IMG/VR virus record: IMGVR_UViG_3300047299_000128
Coordinates: 1-64,000 of that record
Source of the DNA: a virus
DNA length: 64,000 nt
Strand: one strand, 5' to 3'
Below are positions 38,888-49,188 of the stretch, piece after piece. The position numbers were made by a program, and so were the translations under genes. Within the stretch, counting starts at the first letter, position 1. Every line of letters starts with the position of its first letter. The notes under the pieces are model-generated. The model did not search any database and had not been told where the DNA came from. It worked only from the letters and a program-made list of their open reading frames with translations.

Positions 38888-40419
38888 GCGGCACCCCGGT
38901 TTTAATTAAACAGCCTTACAAAAAAGAAACGTACACGGACAAGCAGATAGCGGAAATTGTAAAAGCCGCTACTGACCCCGTGTACTTTATCAGCGAGTAC
39001 ATGTGGATCCAGCATCCAACTAAAGGCCGCGTTAGATTTGAGCTTTATGATTACCAAGTTGATTTAATAGGTTGTTATCATAACAATCGTTATAGTATTA
39101 ACATGCTGGGCCGCCAGATGGGCAAGTCAACTTGTGCCGCCGGCTATTTGCTATGGTACGCTATGTTCGTACCTGACAGCACAATTTTAATTGCCGCGCA
39201 CAAATACACTGGTTCTCAAGAAATTATGCAACGTGTTCGTTTCATGTACGAGAACTTACCTGAATGGATTAAAGCAGGTGCTACTAGTTATAACAAAGGT
39301 AGCATTGATTTTGACAACGGCTCACGTATTGTTAGTGCAACGACAACAGAAAATACTGGTCGTGGTATGTCTATTACACTGGTTTATTTAGACGAGTTTG
39401 CGTTCGTTCCGCCTCGTATTGCTAAAGAGTTTTGGACAGCATTGAGCCCTACATTAGCAACGGGTGGTAAGTGTATTATTACAAGCACACCTAACCAAGA
39501 CAACGACCAATTTGCACAAATTTGGAATGAAGCTAACAAAAAGACTGACTCGTATGGTAACATAACAAAAGTCGGTAAAAATGGTTTTGCCAGCATTATG
39601 TATATTTGGAACGATCATCCGGATAGAGATGCAGAATGGGGCGAAACTGAACGTAGTAAAATTGGCGAAGAACGATTTTTACGAGAACACGAATGCGTGT
39701 TTATTACAGCAGACGAAACATTAGTTAGCAGTATGGTGCTGACAAATATTGTGGGCGAAGATCCTATAAACAAAATAGGACAATTAAGAATATACTCGCC
39801 TATAGAAAAAGATCACACCTATGTAGTTGCATGGGACCCGAGTTTGGGAACCGGCAGTGACCCCGCAGCTATCGAGATTTTTAGACTACCAGATTTGGTA
39901 CAAGTTGCAGAATGGCAACATAACAAAACAGACGTTCGCGGACAGCTTAGAACATTAGTAAGTATATTAGAATACATTAGAGATGCTGGAATCGAAAACG
40001 ATAACTTATACTGGAGTGTAGAAAACAATACGCTAGGCGAAGCGGCACTAGTAGCAGTAACTGAATACGGTGAAGAACGTATCCCTGGATACTTTTTAAG
40101 TGAGCCCGGAGCAAAACGTCGTGGCTTTAACACTACGAATAAAAGTAAATTAGCAGCATGCACTAAGTTAAAGTATTATATCGAATCTGGTAAAATGCAA
40201 CCAAAAAGTAAAAACTTCATACAAGAGCTAAAAACTTTCGTTGCCCATGGTGCTAGTTTTGCAGCCAAAGAAGGTGAAACAGACGATTTGGTTATGGCAA
40301 GTTTATTGGTAGTTAGGCTAGTAGAGCATTTGATGAAGTACGACGAAAAGACTTATGCCAGATTAGTAGAGCGGGACAGTAATGACTTCCTGGCTCCGAT
40401 GCCTATTGGCATTTTATAA
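38884..40419 (+). CDS. gp17: terminase large subunit (T4 gp17-like)
   Basis: LYDYQ, GRQMGKS, VYLDEFAF, ITSTPN, WDPSLG, DDLVMA. Confidence 0.95.
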   Translation: MSGTPVLIKQPYKKETYTDKQIAEIVKAATDPVYFISEYMWIQHPTKGRVRFELYDYQVDLIGCYHNNRYSINMLGRQMGKSTCAAGYLLWYAMFVPDSTILIAAHKYTGSQEIMQRVRFMYENLPEWIKAGATSYNKGSIDFDNGSRIVSATTTENTGRGMSITLVYLDEFAFVPPRIAKEFWTALSPTLATGGKCIITSTPNQDNDQFAQIWNEANKKTDSYGNITKVGKNGFASIMYIWNDHPDRDAEWGETERSKIGEERFLREHECVFITADETLVSSMVLTNIVGEDPINKIGQLRIYSPIEKDHTYVVAWDPSLGTGSDPAAIEIFRLPDLVQVAEWQHNKTDVRGQLRTLVSILEYIRDAGIENDNLYWSVENNTLGEAALVAVTEYGEERIPGYFLSEPGAKRRGFNTTNKSKLAACTKLKYYIESGKMQPKSKNFIQELKTFVAHGASFAAKEGETDDLVMASLLVVRLVEHLMKYDEKTYARLVERDSNDFLAPMPIGIL

Positions 40420-40439
40420 TGAAATGGCTAAATACATAC

Positions 40440-41702
40440 ATGGCAGTTAATTTTGATACAGTAGCAGATAGAGTATTTGACCAGCTTAAAGGCTTTGGTC
40501 ATAGCATTACTATTTTTGACGAAAACGGTAAACAAACAGTAAACGCAGAATCGGGCCGTTATTTTTACAGCACCGACCAAAAGTTTACAGTAGAGATCAA
40601 CGAAGACGAAAACGTGATCAAGATCAAGTATGGCGAAAATACAGATCCAGAACGTATGCAAAAACTGCAAAGTACCATTCGCAATGGTATCGCAAAGAAA
40701 TATTTAATGGGAGTTGATCTTAGACCTTATACAGGTAAAGACATCGAACTAAAGGACGTGGATAATATGGTAAAAGTTCAAGAAAGTTTAGGACCCGTTG
40801 CTGGTTCTGTAAAAACAAGTTATCAGCAAACAGAAGGTGCTAGATTAATTATTAGACATAGTAAACCGGTGAATGAAGAAATTCGTGGCAGCAGAAGCCG
40901 AAACATTCATTCTTTGTTTATTGAAAATGCACAAGGAGAACGTTTCCGTTATCCGCATACTCATTTGGCAGCTGCCCGCACTATGACACAGCACGTAGCA
41001 GAAGGCGGTACACCGTACGATGAAATCGGGCAAAAAATTATTGGCTTAAGTGAAGAACGCGGTCAGTTATTACAAGTTGCTCGTTATATTAAATCGAACG
41101 GATTACATGAACAAGCCAATGATGTACAATACGCAGTTGGACAACGTTTAAGCGAAATTAAAGGCTTGTTAGCAGGTCGTTATAATTCCGAACGTTTAAT
41201 GGGCGATGTACACGAAGCAGACGAATCCAATTTAGAAGCACTGCAAGAAAAATTAACCAAAAATACATTCGACGAAAGCATTAGTGCTATGCTACCAAAG
41301 CTAAATGGTTATGTAAAACAATACCAAATGCAAATGGAAGCAACTAAAGAATTCAATACTTTAAAGTTGCAAGTAGAAGAATCTATGGATATTGCAGTTA
41401 GTTCTATTCCTGATTTGGAATACACTAGCATGATGGTATATGAAAGCCCAACAGTCAATACGACTGAACTAATCAACATGGTTCTGCCAGTATTAGAAGA
41501 TCAAGCACTAAAAGCATCGCTAACCAAAGTAAGTAAGCACGTTGCAGAAGGTCGTTTAGATCCAATGGCAGTAGAAAACTTAACTCGTAGCATTATTGGT
41601 AAGTGCAGCAAGCAAGTAGAAGAAAGCAACAGCCGTTTTGAAGTTGGTGCTATGTTTGAAAGCGCTTTACGTAAATATACCGTTGAGCAAATATTGAAAT
41701 AA
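40440..41702 (+). CDS. hypothetical (probably virion) protein
   Basis: Late promoter at 40429; start moved to ATG 40440; RSRNIHSLFIENAQGERF motif. Confidence 0.7.
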   Translation: MAVNFDTVADRVFDQLKGFGHSITIFDENGKQTVNAESGRYFYSTDQKFTVEINEDENVIKIKYGENTDPERMQKLQSTIRNGIAKKYLMGVDLRPYTGKDIELKDVDNMVKVQESLGPVAGSVKTSYQQTEGARLIIRHSKPVNEEIRGSRSRNIHSLFIENAQGERFRYPHTHLAAARTMTQHVAEGGTPYDEIGQKIIGLSEERGQLLQVARYIKSNGLHEQANDVQYAVGQRLSEIKGLLAGRYNSERLMGDVHEADESNLEALQEKLTKNTFDESISAMLPKLNGYVKQYQMQMEATKEFNTLKLQVEESMDIAVSSIPDLEYTSMMVYESPTVNTTELINMVLPVLEDQALKASLTKVSKHVAEGRLDPMAVENLTRSIIGKCSKQVEESNSRFEVGAMFESALRKYTVEQILK

Positions 41703-41750
41703 GAATATAAATATTTTCAAGAGCAGTTTAGCCAAAAGGACAAATTGCTC

Positions 41751-41780
41751 TTGATTTAGCAAGCATTAGTTTGCTATAAT
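41751..41780 (+). promoter_or_regulatory. sigma70-type promoter of ssb
   Basis: TTGATT-18-TATAAT with extended TG; preceded by a hairpin at 41718-41753. Confidence 0.6.
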
Positions 41781-41857
41781 TGTTCATAAGACGAGAGTGT
41801 CTTATGATCCAGGCATAAAATAGGTTTACCCCTGGCTTAAACTAAGGAAATAAAAAC

Positions 41858-42862
41858 ATGGCAACATTAGCAGAAATCCGTGCTCGACTATTAGAGCAAG
41901 AAAACCGTACAAGCGGCAACAAACAAGGCGGCGGAGGCGATACCGCAATCTTCCCGTTTTGGAACATCCCAGAAAACTCAACAGCAGTACTTCGCTTCTT
42001 ACCAGATGGCGACGAGTCAAACACTTTCCCGTGGAAAGAACGTCAAATGATTAACTTGGAATTCCCAGGTGTCAAAGGCGGAGATGAAGGCAAGCGAGTT
42101 ACTGTAAAGGTTCCTTGTATGGAAATGTGGAAAGAAACTTGCCCTATTCACGCAGAGATCCGCCCATGGTTCAAAGATAAATCTTTGGAAGACTTGGGTC
42201 GCAAGTATTGGAAAAAGAAAAGCTACATCTTCCAAGGCTTTGTTATTAGCAGCACTTTGGCAGAAGAAAATCTTCCAGAAAACATTATCCGTCGGTTTAT
42301 TGTCAACCCAAGTATCTTTAACATTGTTAAAGGCGCGTTGATGGACCCGGATATGGAAAGTCTATTTACAGACTACGAAAACGGTACAGACTTCCGTTTG
42401 ACAAAAACAACTAAAGGTCAATACGCAGACTACAGCACTAGTAGCTTTGCTCGTAAGGAGCGTGGTTTAAATGAAGTCGAGTTGCAAGCAATCGCTACAC
42501 ATGGCTTGTATAACTTGAACGACTTTATGCCTAAGAAGCCAACTAAAGAAGAAGTTGACATGATCTATGACATGTTCAAAGCAAGCGTAGACGGCGAGTT
42601 GTATGACCCTCAACGTTGGGGAGCTCACTTTAAGCCAGCCGGTGTAAACCTTGGCAACCTTGCTCCGGCAAGCGGCAGCGATGAAGAAGCACCTGCTCGC
42701 CCAGCGCCAGCAGCTACAAAGCCAGCAGTTGTTGCAAAGCCAACCGTAGTGGCAGATGACAGTGACGATGAACCTCCGTTTGATACCGATGGCGCTGCGC
42801 CAGAAGGTAAGAAGAATGTCAACGACATTCTTGCAATGATTCGCAACCGCCAACAAAAGTAA
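41858..42862 (+). CDS. gp32: single-stranded DNA-binding protein (T4 gp32-like)
   Basis: AVLRFLPD, C-x6-CP metal site, YWKKKSY, GTDFRL, YADYSTS, acidic tail. Confidence 0.9.
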   Translation: MATLAEIRARLLEQENRTSGNKQGGGGDTAIFPFWNIPENSTAVLRFLPDGDESNTFPWKERQMINLEFPGVKGGDEGKRVTVKVPCMEMWKETCPIHAEIRPWFKDKSLEDLGRKYWKKKSYIFQGFVISSTLAEENLPENIIRRFIVNPSIFNIVKGALMDPDMESLFTDYENGTDFRLTKTTKGQYADYSTSSFARKERGLNEVELQAIATHGLYNLNDFMPKKPTKEEVDMIYDMFKASVDGELYDPQRWGAHFKPAGVNLGNLAPASGSDEEAPARPAPAATKPAVVAKPTVVADDSDDEPPFDTDGAAPEGKKNVNDILAMIRNRQQK

Positions 42863-42864
42863 GG

Positions 42865-42886
42865 ACAAGGGCGCAAGCCCTTGTTT
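42865..42886 (+). terminator. intrinsic terminator
   Basis: ACAAGGGC-GCAA-GCCCTTGT-TT. Confidence 0.8.
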
Positions 42887-42891
42887 AAACC

Positions 42892-43146
42892 ATGACACTA
42901 CCAGACGAACGATATCGTAGTCTTGTGCAGACAAAAAAGTTTCTCATGGAATTATTAAGTCCGCACATGACTCCAAGAGTACCTAAACTAATACGTCATC
43001 GTGCATCTAGTTTGTTGCGTCATTGGCCGGATGATTATCATTTGGAATTAATGACGCAGCACATGCCCGATCACTTTGCAAAACAAATAGAACCATTGAC
43101 ACGAATGATAATGGTATACGATCAAGAACAAAAGGAAGAACCATGA
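42892..43146 (+). CDS. hypothetical protein
   Basis: MTLPDERYRSL...PRVPK.IR..A..LLRHWP; coupled to uvsX. Confidence 0.75.
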   Translation: MTLPDERYRSLVQTKKFLMELLSPHMTPRVPKLIRHRASSLLRHWPDDYHLELMTQHMPDHFAKQIEPLTRMIMVYDQEQKEEP

Positions 43147-44213
43147 CAAAACCCTTCGACGTTTCCAAATTTAGAAAAAGCATTACAAAAAGCATCGACG
43201 GCTTAAGTATCGGCTTTAACGATCCTACAGATTGGATCAGCACTGGCAACTATACACTAAACTATCTCATCAGCGGCGACTTTTTTAAAGGCGTTCCTAT
43301 GGGCAAGGTAACTGTATTTGCCGGTGAATCGGGTGCAGGTAAAAGTTATATCTGCTCAGGAAACCTAATCCGCCATGCGCAAGAGCAAGGCATTTATGTA
43401 GTATTAGTAGACAGTGAAAACGCATTAGATGAAGCATGGTTGCATGCACTAGGCGTTGATACAGACGAAAGCAAGTTGTTAAAACTTAACATGGCTATGA
43501 TCGATGATGTAGCCAAAACTATCACGCAGTTTGTAACAGATTACAAAGCAACTCCAGAAGACGAACGTCCAAAAGTGTTGTTTGTCATTGACTCTTTGGG
43601 TATGTTGTTAACTCCTACAGACGTTAATCAGTTTGAAGCAGGTGACTTGAAAGGTGACATGGGTCGTAAGCCAAAGGCATTGACAGCATTGGTTCGTAAC
43701 TGTGTAAACATGTTTGGTAATCTAAACATTGGTCTGGTTGCAACTAACCATACATACGCAAGCCAAGACATGTTTGATCCAGATGACAAGATTTCCGGCG
43801 GCCAAGGCTTTATCTATGCAAGTTCCATTGTTGTAGCTATGCGTAAGTTAAAGTTGAAATTAGACGAAGACGGTAATAAAACTACGACAGTTAACGGTAT
43901 CCGTGCCAGTTGTAAGATTATGAAAACTCGTTATGCTAAACCGTTTGAATCAGTGCATGTACAAATTCCATATTCGACAGGTATGAGTCCATACTCCGGA
44001 TTGTTTGACATGTTAGAAGAACGTGCATTACTCAAGCGAGAAGGCAACAGTTATCTTTATACAACTAAAGAAGGTGAAATTTTTAAAGCTATGCGTAAAG
44101 GCTGGACTAACGAATTGTTAGATAAAGTTATGGCAGACATTATGCTTAGAGATTTGACAGCGGGTGTAAATACAGCAGAAGTTGATAAGGAGGAGCCAGC
44201 AGATGCTGCATGA
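43143..44213 (+). CDS. uvsX: RecA-like recombinase
   Basis: AGESGAGKS, DSENA, VIDSLG, TNHTY, SGGQG motifs. Confidence 0.92.
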   Translation: MTKPFDVSKFRKSITKSIDGLSIGFNDPTDWISTGNYTLNYLISGDFFKGVPMGKVTVFAGESGAGKSYICSGNLIRHAQEQGIYVVLVDSENALDEAWLHALGVDTDESKLLKLNMAMIDDVAKTITQFVTDYKATPEDERPKVLFVIDSLGMLLTPTDVNQFEAGDLKGDMGRKPKALTALVRNCVNMFGNLNIGLVATNHTYASQDMFDPDDKISGGQGFIYASSIVVAMRKLKLKLDEDGNKTTTVNGIRASCKIMKTRYAKPFESVHVQIPYSTGMSPYSGLFDMLEERALLKREGNSYLYTTKEGEIFKAMRKGWTNELLDKVMADIMLRDLTAGVNTAEVDKEEPADAA

Positions 44214-44469
44214 TGAAGAAGTTAATTTGATTGTTGACGTATGGACAAGTGTTAAGACATACATTGACAAAAAAGAGCGTTATGACGCCGCAAGCGCATT
44301 TTTGCGTAGCTTGGAAAATCACTATGACATGGATAGTGTAAGCGGCGAATTGCGCGGAAACGACAGTGTGCTAGATACAGTAATTAAAGACATTTATGGT
44401 GATGACGACTTGGAAAAAGACGACGACTATGAAGACGATAATTACGACTCAGATTACGACGACGAATGA
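44203..44469 (+). CDS. hypothetical acidic protein
   Basis: AGGAGG RBS before ATG 44203; Asp-rich tail. Confidence 0.7.
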   Translation: MLHDEEVNLIVDVWTSVKTYIDKKERYDAASAFLRSLENHYDMDSVSGELRGNDSVLDTVIKDIYGDDDLEKDDDYEDDNYDSDYDDE

Positions 44470-44927
44470 GTAATTGGTATAGAAAGGTATCGGACGATGC
44501 TAGTACATTGCCCGATGCCATAACCTACTTTGAATCTGAATTAGCCGGTGCTAGGATGGAAACTAGCCTTAAGGGTAATTTAGAAACAAACTCCAGGCTC
44601 ATGCCGGGTATTGTCGAGCATAGGTTTAACCAATTACAGGAAGTTGAAGCCATCTTAGAATGGCTCAACATCCAACTTAGAAAAAAGCGTAGCGAAGTGT
44701 TTAAGAAGTTTATTGAAAACTACAACAGGGCATTAAGCAGTCGTGACGCCGAAAAATATGTAGACGGTGACGCAGAAGTTTATCAATGGCAATTATTGAT
44801 AAACGAGTTTGCTATGGTGCGTAATAAGTATTTGGGTTTAATGAAAGCAATTGACGTCAAGCAATGGCAAATAACCAATATTACTAAACTCCGTGTTGCG
44901 GGTATGGATGACACTACTTTGGGTTAA
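44466..44927 (+). CDS. uvsY: recombination mediator
   Basis: ALSSRDAEKYVDGD, KQWQITNITKLRVAG; follows uvsX. Confidence 0.85.
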   Translation: MSNWYRKVSDDASTLPDAITYFESELAGARMETSLKGNLETNSRLMPGIVEHRFNQLQEVEAILEWLNIQLRKKRSEVFKKFIENYNRALSSRDAEKYVDGDAEVYQWQLLINEFAMVRNKYLGLMKAIDVKQWQITNITKLRVAGMDDTTLG

Positions 44928-44956
44928 TTGACACAAATTGGTTTTGGTTATATAAT
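44928..44956 (+). promoter_or_regulatory. early promoter cassette
   Basis: TTGACA-caaattggttttggtta-TATAAT. Confidence 0.9.
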
Positions 44957-45010
44957 ACAAGAACAGTAAATAATGTGCTTACTGAATAACAGACAGAGAA
45001 AGGAATTCAT

Positions 45011-45244
45011 ATGTCTAAATCAATTCTCCTTAGTGAAATTATTAACTATCTCCAGCGCCAAAAAAGCATGGGAAAAAAGATCGTTTATCGTACTATTGTT
45101 TACGCGGTTATGGAAGACCGGGTGGGTGCTAATGCAATTGGCACTGGTATTGCAATGACACGTAACGTAATGGATCTTGCCGCAAAAGCTACCGGCGGAA
45201 CTTACATTAGCGATGCAGGCCGAGCTCGAATAGTGTATAATTGA
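45011..45244 (+). CDS. hypothetical early protein
   Basis: AAGGA RBS; its stop TGA lies inside the next TTGACA. Confidence 0.7.
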   Translation: MSKSILLSEIINYLQRQKSMGKKIVYRTIVYAVMEDRVGANAIGTGIAMTRNVMDLAAKATGGTYISDAGRARIVYN

Positions 45245-45269
45245 CACAAATTGGTTTTGGCCTTATAAT
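45241..45269 (+). promoter_or_regulatory. early promoter cassette
   Basis: TTGACA-caaattggttttggcct-TATAAT. Confidence 0.9.
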
Positions 45270-45301
45270 ACATACATAGCGTAACAAAACAGGAGTTAGT
45301 A

Positions 45302-45538
45302 ATGATTAAGCGTTTTAAACAGTCGCAGAAATTTCGTGTTATTTCTGGCAATACTTGTTTTTATGCTACTGCTAAACAAATTCGCAATGGCATCGGCGAT
45401 ATGTCCGCGTTTAATTCTTCGTTGCAAAAATGTCTTGATGCACTAGAATTCCAGCGTTCCGGTGCAGATATTCTTGCATGCTCTACTGGACTTGCTGGAA
45501 ATTGGACTGGGATTGTTGTGCAGTTGGACATGGCTTAA
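45302..45538 (+). CDS. hypothetical early protein
   Basis: AGGAG RBS; sits between two promoter cassettes. Confidence 0.75.
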   Translation: MIKRFKQSQKFRVISGNTCFYATAKQIRNGIGDMSAFNSSLQKCLDALEFQRSGADILACSTGLAGNWTGIVVQLDMA

Positions 45539-45539
45539 T

Positions 45540-45568
45540 TTGACACAAATTATAGCAGACGCTATAAT
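45540..45568 (+). promoter_or_regulatory. early promoter cassette
   Basis: TTGACA-caaattatagcagacgc-TATAAT. Confidence 0.9.
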
Positions 45569-45643
45569 ACAAGAATAGTAAGCAATGACGCTTACTTCCG
45601 GTGTAGGGCGGTAACCCTTCTTAAAGTCTAGAAAGGACGTAAA

Positions 45644-45925
45644 ATGAGTATTAGTGTTAAACAGAAAAAAGACGGCATTCGTGCCCGCATTGCCGCACAT
45701 ATGGCGGTTAATCTTACTTTGCTTAAAGAAGAAGCAGATAAGTGGGATACAGAAATGTACGGAGATGTCGTAATCAACGGCAATACTAACAATGCCGTAA
45801 AAACGCATGTTTCGGAAATCTTCGAAGAATTCGAAATGTCCGGCGAATATATGCGAACCAGAATCCCCAGTCGTAAAGGAAATGGTCATAAACAACTCTT
45901 GCTAGTCAAGAAGTCAGCTAATTGA
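45644..45925 (+). CDS. hypothetical early protein
   Basis: AAGGA RBS; its stop TGA lies inside the next TTGACA. Confidence 0.75.
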   Translation: MSISVKQKKDGIRARIAAHMAVNLTLLKEEADKWDTEMYGDVVINGNTNNAVKTHVSEIFEEFEMSGEYMRTRIPSRKGNGHKQLLLVKKSAN

Positions 45926-45950
45926 CACAAATTAGCCTTAGTGCTATAAT
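45922..45950 (+). promoter_or_regulatory. early promoter cassette
   Basis: TTGACA-caaattagccttagtgc-TATAAT. Confidence 0.9.
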
Positions 45951-45981
45951 ACATTTTTAGTTAACAAAACAGGAGTTTTAC

Positions 45982-47052
45982 ATGGCTAATGTAACCGTTT
46001 TTGAAGGCGAGTATCGCGGCACTAAGGTTAAAAACGAAACCTTCCGTCTAGTTGCAGACGTTAAGTCGGGCGCCAAAGGCATGTTTGTCACAGTACAAGA
46101 CAACGGAATTTTGGGCTACAAAGGTAAGTCTGTCCGCGTTAAGATTAAATCCATGGAAGATATTACAGTGAGTGGGCAGTCCATTGCAGACATGTCGGAC
46201 AGCGAGCGTAAGGTTGCAAACGACTCTAATGTATTGAGCATTGTCAAACCTGCAGAGCCCGAAGTGTACACAGAAACAGACGAGCAAGCGATTGAGCGTA
46301 TTCGCGAACGTTTTGACATTCTCGAGGAAATGACAGAAGGCACTACAACGGGCGCAGTTCGTGCTATGATTGTTTCCGGTCCTCCTGGCGTTGGCAAATC
46401 TTTTGGTGTTGAGAAGAAGCTGGAAGAAGCCGCTTTGTTTGACAAAATGGCACAACGCCGTAGCCGTTTTGAAGTCGTTAAAGGTGCCATGTCGGCATTG
46501 GGTTTGTATGCCAAACTTTACAAATACAGCGACGAGAATAACGTGCTGGTGTTTGATGACTGCGACAGCATCTTGCTCGACGACTTGTCGCTCAACATTT
46601 TGAAAGCGGCCTTGGATAGTTCTAAAAAGCGTACTATCTCTTGGAACACCGACAGCCGTATGCTTAGCCAAGAAGGCATTCCTGATCGTTTTGACTTTAA
46701 AGGTTCTGTGATTTTTATCACCAACATTAAGTTCGAGCACGTTCGTTCTAAGAAGCTTAAAGATCACCTGGACGCATTGGAGTCGCGCTGTCACTATCTG
46801 GACTTGACAATGGACACTCAACGTGACAAGTTTCTCCGCATTAAACAGATTGTGCGTGATGGCATGTTGGACAGTTATGATTTTGAAGACACTGCCGCCC
46901 AGGAGATTGTAGACTTTATGTGGGAACAGCGTAGTCGCTTGCGTGAGCTGAGCCTGCGTACTGTTCTTAAAATTGCAGACTTGCGCAAAATGAGCGCAGG
47001 CAATTGGAAACGCCTTGCAGAAACAACTATCCTCAAGCGAGCAGAAGCCTAA
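45982..47052 (+). CDS. AAA+ family ATPase
   Basis: Walker A SGPPGVGKS, Walker B VLVFDDCD, sensor FITN, Arg finger ALESR. Confidence 0.9.
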   Translation: MANVTVFEGEYRGTKVKNETFRLVADVKSGAKGMFVTVQDNGILGYKGKSVRVKIKSMEDITVSGQSIADMSDSERKVANDSNVLSIVKPAEPEVYTETDEQAIERIRERFDILEEMTEGTTTGAVRAMIVSGPPGVGKSFGVEKKLEEAALFDKMAQRRSRFEVVKGAMSALGLYAKLYKYSDENNVLVFDDCDSILLDDLSLNILKAALDSSKKRTISWNTDSRMLSQEGIPDRFDFKGSVIFITNIKFEHVRSKKLKDHLDALESRCHYLDLTMDTQRDKFLRIKQIVRDGMLDSYDFEDTAAQEIVDFMWEQRSRLRELSLRTVLKIADLRKMSAGNWKRLAETTILKRAEA

Positions 47053-47091
47053 TTGGCTTTAATTGGTATATACTAAACAAAAGGATTTATT

Positions 47092-49188
47092 ATGAATTAT
47101 AAACTTTCCGCAGTAGCCGTTGCCGTAGCAGTATTTTCCGGTAGTGTGCAAGCACAGTATTTTGGCAATCGCGAAACTCAGGCACAGCAACAATACCTAA
47201 ATGCTATCGGTGCCCCGCAGGCCTGGGCACGTGGCATTACAGGTAAAGGTGTTACGATTGCAATCATTGATAACGGCTTTGATCCAACACACTCTGATAT
47301 TGAAAAGAACGTGATTGGTACTGTTAACCTTTCTGCACTTAGAACAGTGCCGGGTTTGCACGGAACACAAATGGCGTCGATTGCAGCTGGTCGGTTGGAC
47401 AAGTATGGCACAGTTGGCGTGGCACCAGAAGCTAGTTTGTTGCTAGCTCAAGTGACTAGTAGCATTAGCAGTGCTAATGGCACCGCAGGTGCAGGCATCA
47501 ATATGGATGTTGTTCTCAAAAGCATGACATGGGCAGAAGCCAACGGCGCAAGTGTTATTAACTTGAGCTTGGGTTCTAACTACGATTCGACATTTAAAGC
47601 AAAGACGGTTGAACTCACACCTGGTTCGGGTGTATACCGTGCTTATTCTGCTTATGGTAATACCAAAACAGGTACGCTGGCCGCATTGTACGGCACTACT
47701 TACCAATCGGTAACTAACTTTGTCAATACAACCAAAAAGTCGGTTATCGTAGCTGCCGCAGGCAACTCGGCTAGTGCATATGCTCAATTCCCTGGCGCAT
47801 TTGCAACTCAAACAGACGCCGCCGGCAATTTGCTACTTGGTGGTCGTGTGCTGATTGTAGGTAATGCCGCATCCGACGGTAAAGGCGGATGGACGATGAA
47901 CGCACAAAGTAGCCGAGCAGGCAGTTTGTGTTCTAATATTGTAGGCAATACTTGCCAAGACAAATACTATGTAAAAGACTTTTATGTAGTTGCACCTGGT
48001 ACAGGTATTTGGGGAGCAGTCCCGGACGCCGCACGTAATGCACGAGGTATCGCAGAAGGCGGCACAGATGGTATCGGTGGAACATCCGGTACTAGCCCAG
48101 CAGCCGCAATGGTTTCGGGTGGCGTTGCACTGATTAAACAAGCGTGGCCGCAACTTACAGCCGCACAAGTCGTTCACTTGGTCAAGACTACGGCTACTGA
48201 TATGGGAGCACCCGGTGTTGATGCAGTGTACGGTTATGGTATGGTAAACTTTGACAAGGCAACACAACCTCAAGGCCTGTTGAAGATTGCTAACTTTAAA
48301 GGTTACGGACTTTCTACTGCCCAAGCAGTTACTACAACTGGTTTGGCTACTAGCGGTGCCGCAAGCCTTAAAACAAGTAGTGTGCTTAAAAACGTGCAAG
48401 GCTTGGACAGTTACAACCGCAACTATGCAATGGACATGACTCGTGCGACTGTAGCAAATCCTGTTATGACATATCGTGCTAGTAGCAGTTACTTGGCAAT
48501 GAGCCCGCAAGGCTATCACGAAGTTGCAGTACCTGTAAATCAAAATTACAGTTTTAAACTAATGCAAAGTCAAGCAGGTAACGCTACAGAAGTTACTTAC
48601 CATCAACGTGATACTAGCTACAGTTTCCAATTTGGTAGCATGCAAGAAAAGTCAGGCTTCTTGGGCACGTATGGCGCTGGAATGATGGCACTAGGCGACA
48701 GTGCTACTAGCTATATGCAACTTGGTACTGAACATAAGTTTGGAGACTTTACAGCATTTGGCGCATATGGTATGGGTGTAACGAATGCAGGAAGTGTGGC
48801 AGACAGCATGGTGCAATTAAACAGTCGTATTGTTAGCCAAACATGGCGCTTGGGTGTTGCTAAGAGTAATGTGTTCCAAAACAAAGACTCGGTTAGTGTA
48901 AGTTTGGTTAGCCCGGTAAGTGTACGTCGAGGTACTGCGACAGTGACAGCGGTAACTGATTATGAATTTACCCAAACAGATGACGGCGCAGATGCTCGCA
49001 GTATTGTTAGCACCGAAACAGTTAGTTTGGTTCCAACTACTCGTCCGCTGGACTTGGTGCTTGGTTATACTGTGGTAGGCAAGGGTTATGATCGAGTTAG
49101 CCTGAACGTAGCACGCCAATTTAATGTAGGCGGAGTTGCTGGTAGCACATCTAGCAGTGTAGGCGTAATGGCAGTTAAATCATTCTAA
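47092..49188 (+). CDS. secreted subtilisin-like (S8) serine protease with autotransporter-like C-terminus
   Basis: Signal peptide; IAIIDNG, HGTQMAS, AAGN, GTSPAA catalytic motifs; beta-rich C-terminal about 280 aa ending in Phe. Confidence 0.88.
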   Translation: MNYKLSAVAVAVAVFSGSVQAQYFGNRETQAQQQYLNAIGAPQAWARGITGKGVTIAIIDNGFDPTHSDIEKNVIGTVNLSALRTVPGLHGTQMASIAAGRLDKYGTVGVAPEASLLLAQVTSSISSANGTAGAGINMDVVLKSMTWAEANGASVINLSLGSNYDSTFKAKTVELTPGSGVYRAYSAYGNTKTGTLAALYGTTYQSVTNFVNTTKKSVIVAAAGNSASAYAQFPGAFATQTDAAGNLLLGGRVLIVGNAASDGKGGWTMNAQSSRAGSLCSNIVGNTCQDKYYVKDFYVVAPGTGIWGAVPDAARNARGIAEGGTDGIGGTSGTSPAAAMVSGGVALIKQAWPQLTAAQVVHLVKTTATDMGAPGVDAVYGYGMVNFDKATQPQGLLKIANFKGYGLSTAQAVTTTGLATSGAASLKTSSVLKNVQGLDSYNRNYAMDMTRATVANPVMTYRASSSYLAMSPQGYHEVAVPVNQNYSFKLMQSQAGNATEVTYHQRDTSYSFQFGSMQEKSGFLGTYGAGMMALGDSATSYMQLGTEHKFGDFTAFGAYGMGVTNAGSVADSMVQLNSRIVSQTWRLGVAKSNVFQNKDSVSVSLVSPVSVRRGTATVTAVTDYEFTQTDDGADARSIVSTETVSLVPTTRPLDLVLGYTVVGKGYDRVSLNVARQFNVGGVAGSTSSSVGVMAVKSF

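Noticed and set aside
44973-45158. Alternative 61-aa ORF overlapping 45011..45244
   Set aside because: It has no RBS, whereas the 45011 frame has AAGGA and ends at the cassette boundary
44928-45950. Regularly spaced repeats resembling a CRISPR array
   Set aside because: The repeats are promoters of about 29 bp with variable cores, and the spacers are ~300-bp genes; no cas genes are present
45982-49188. IetAS-type ATPase/protease toxin-antitoxin defence pair
   Set aside because: The protease has a signal peptide and an outer-membrane-type C-terminus, so it would not share a compartment with the ATPase
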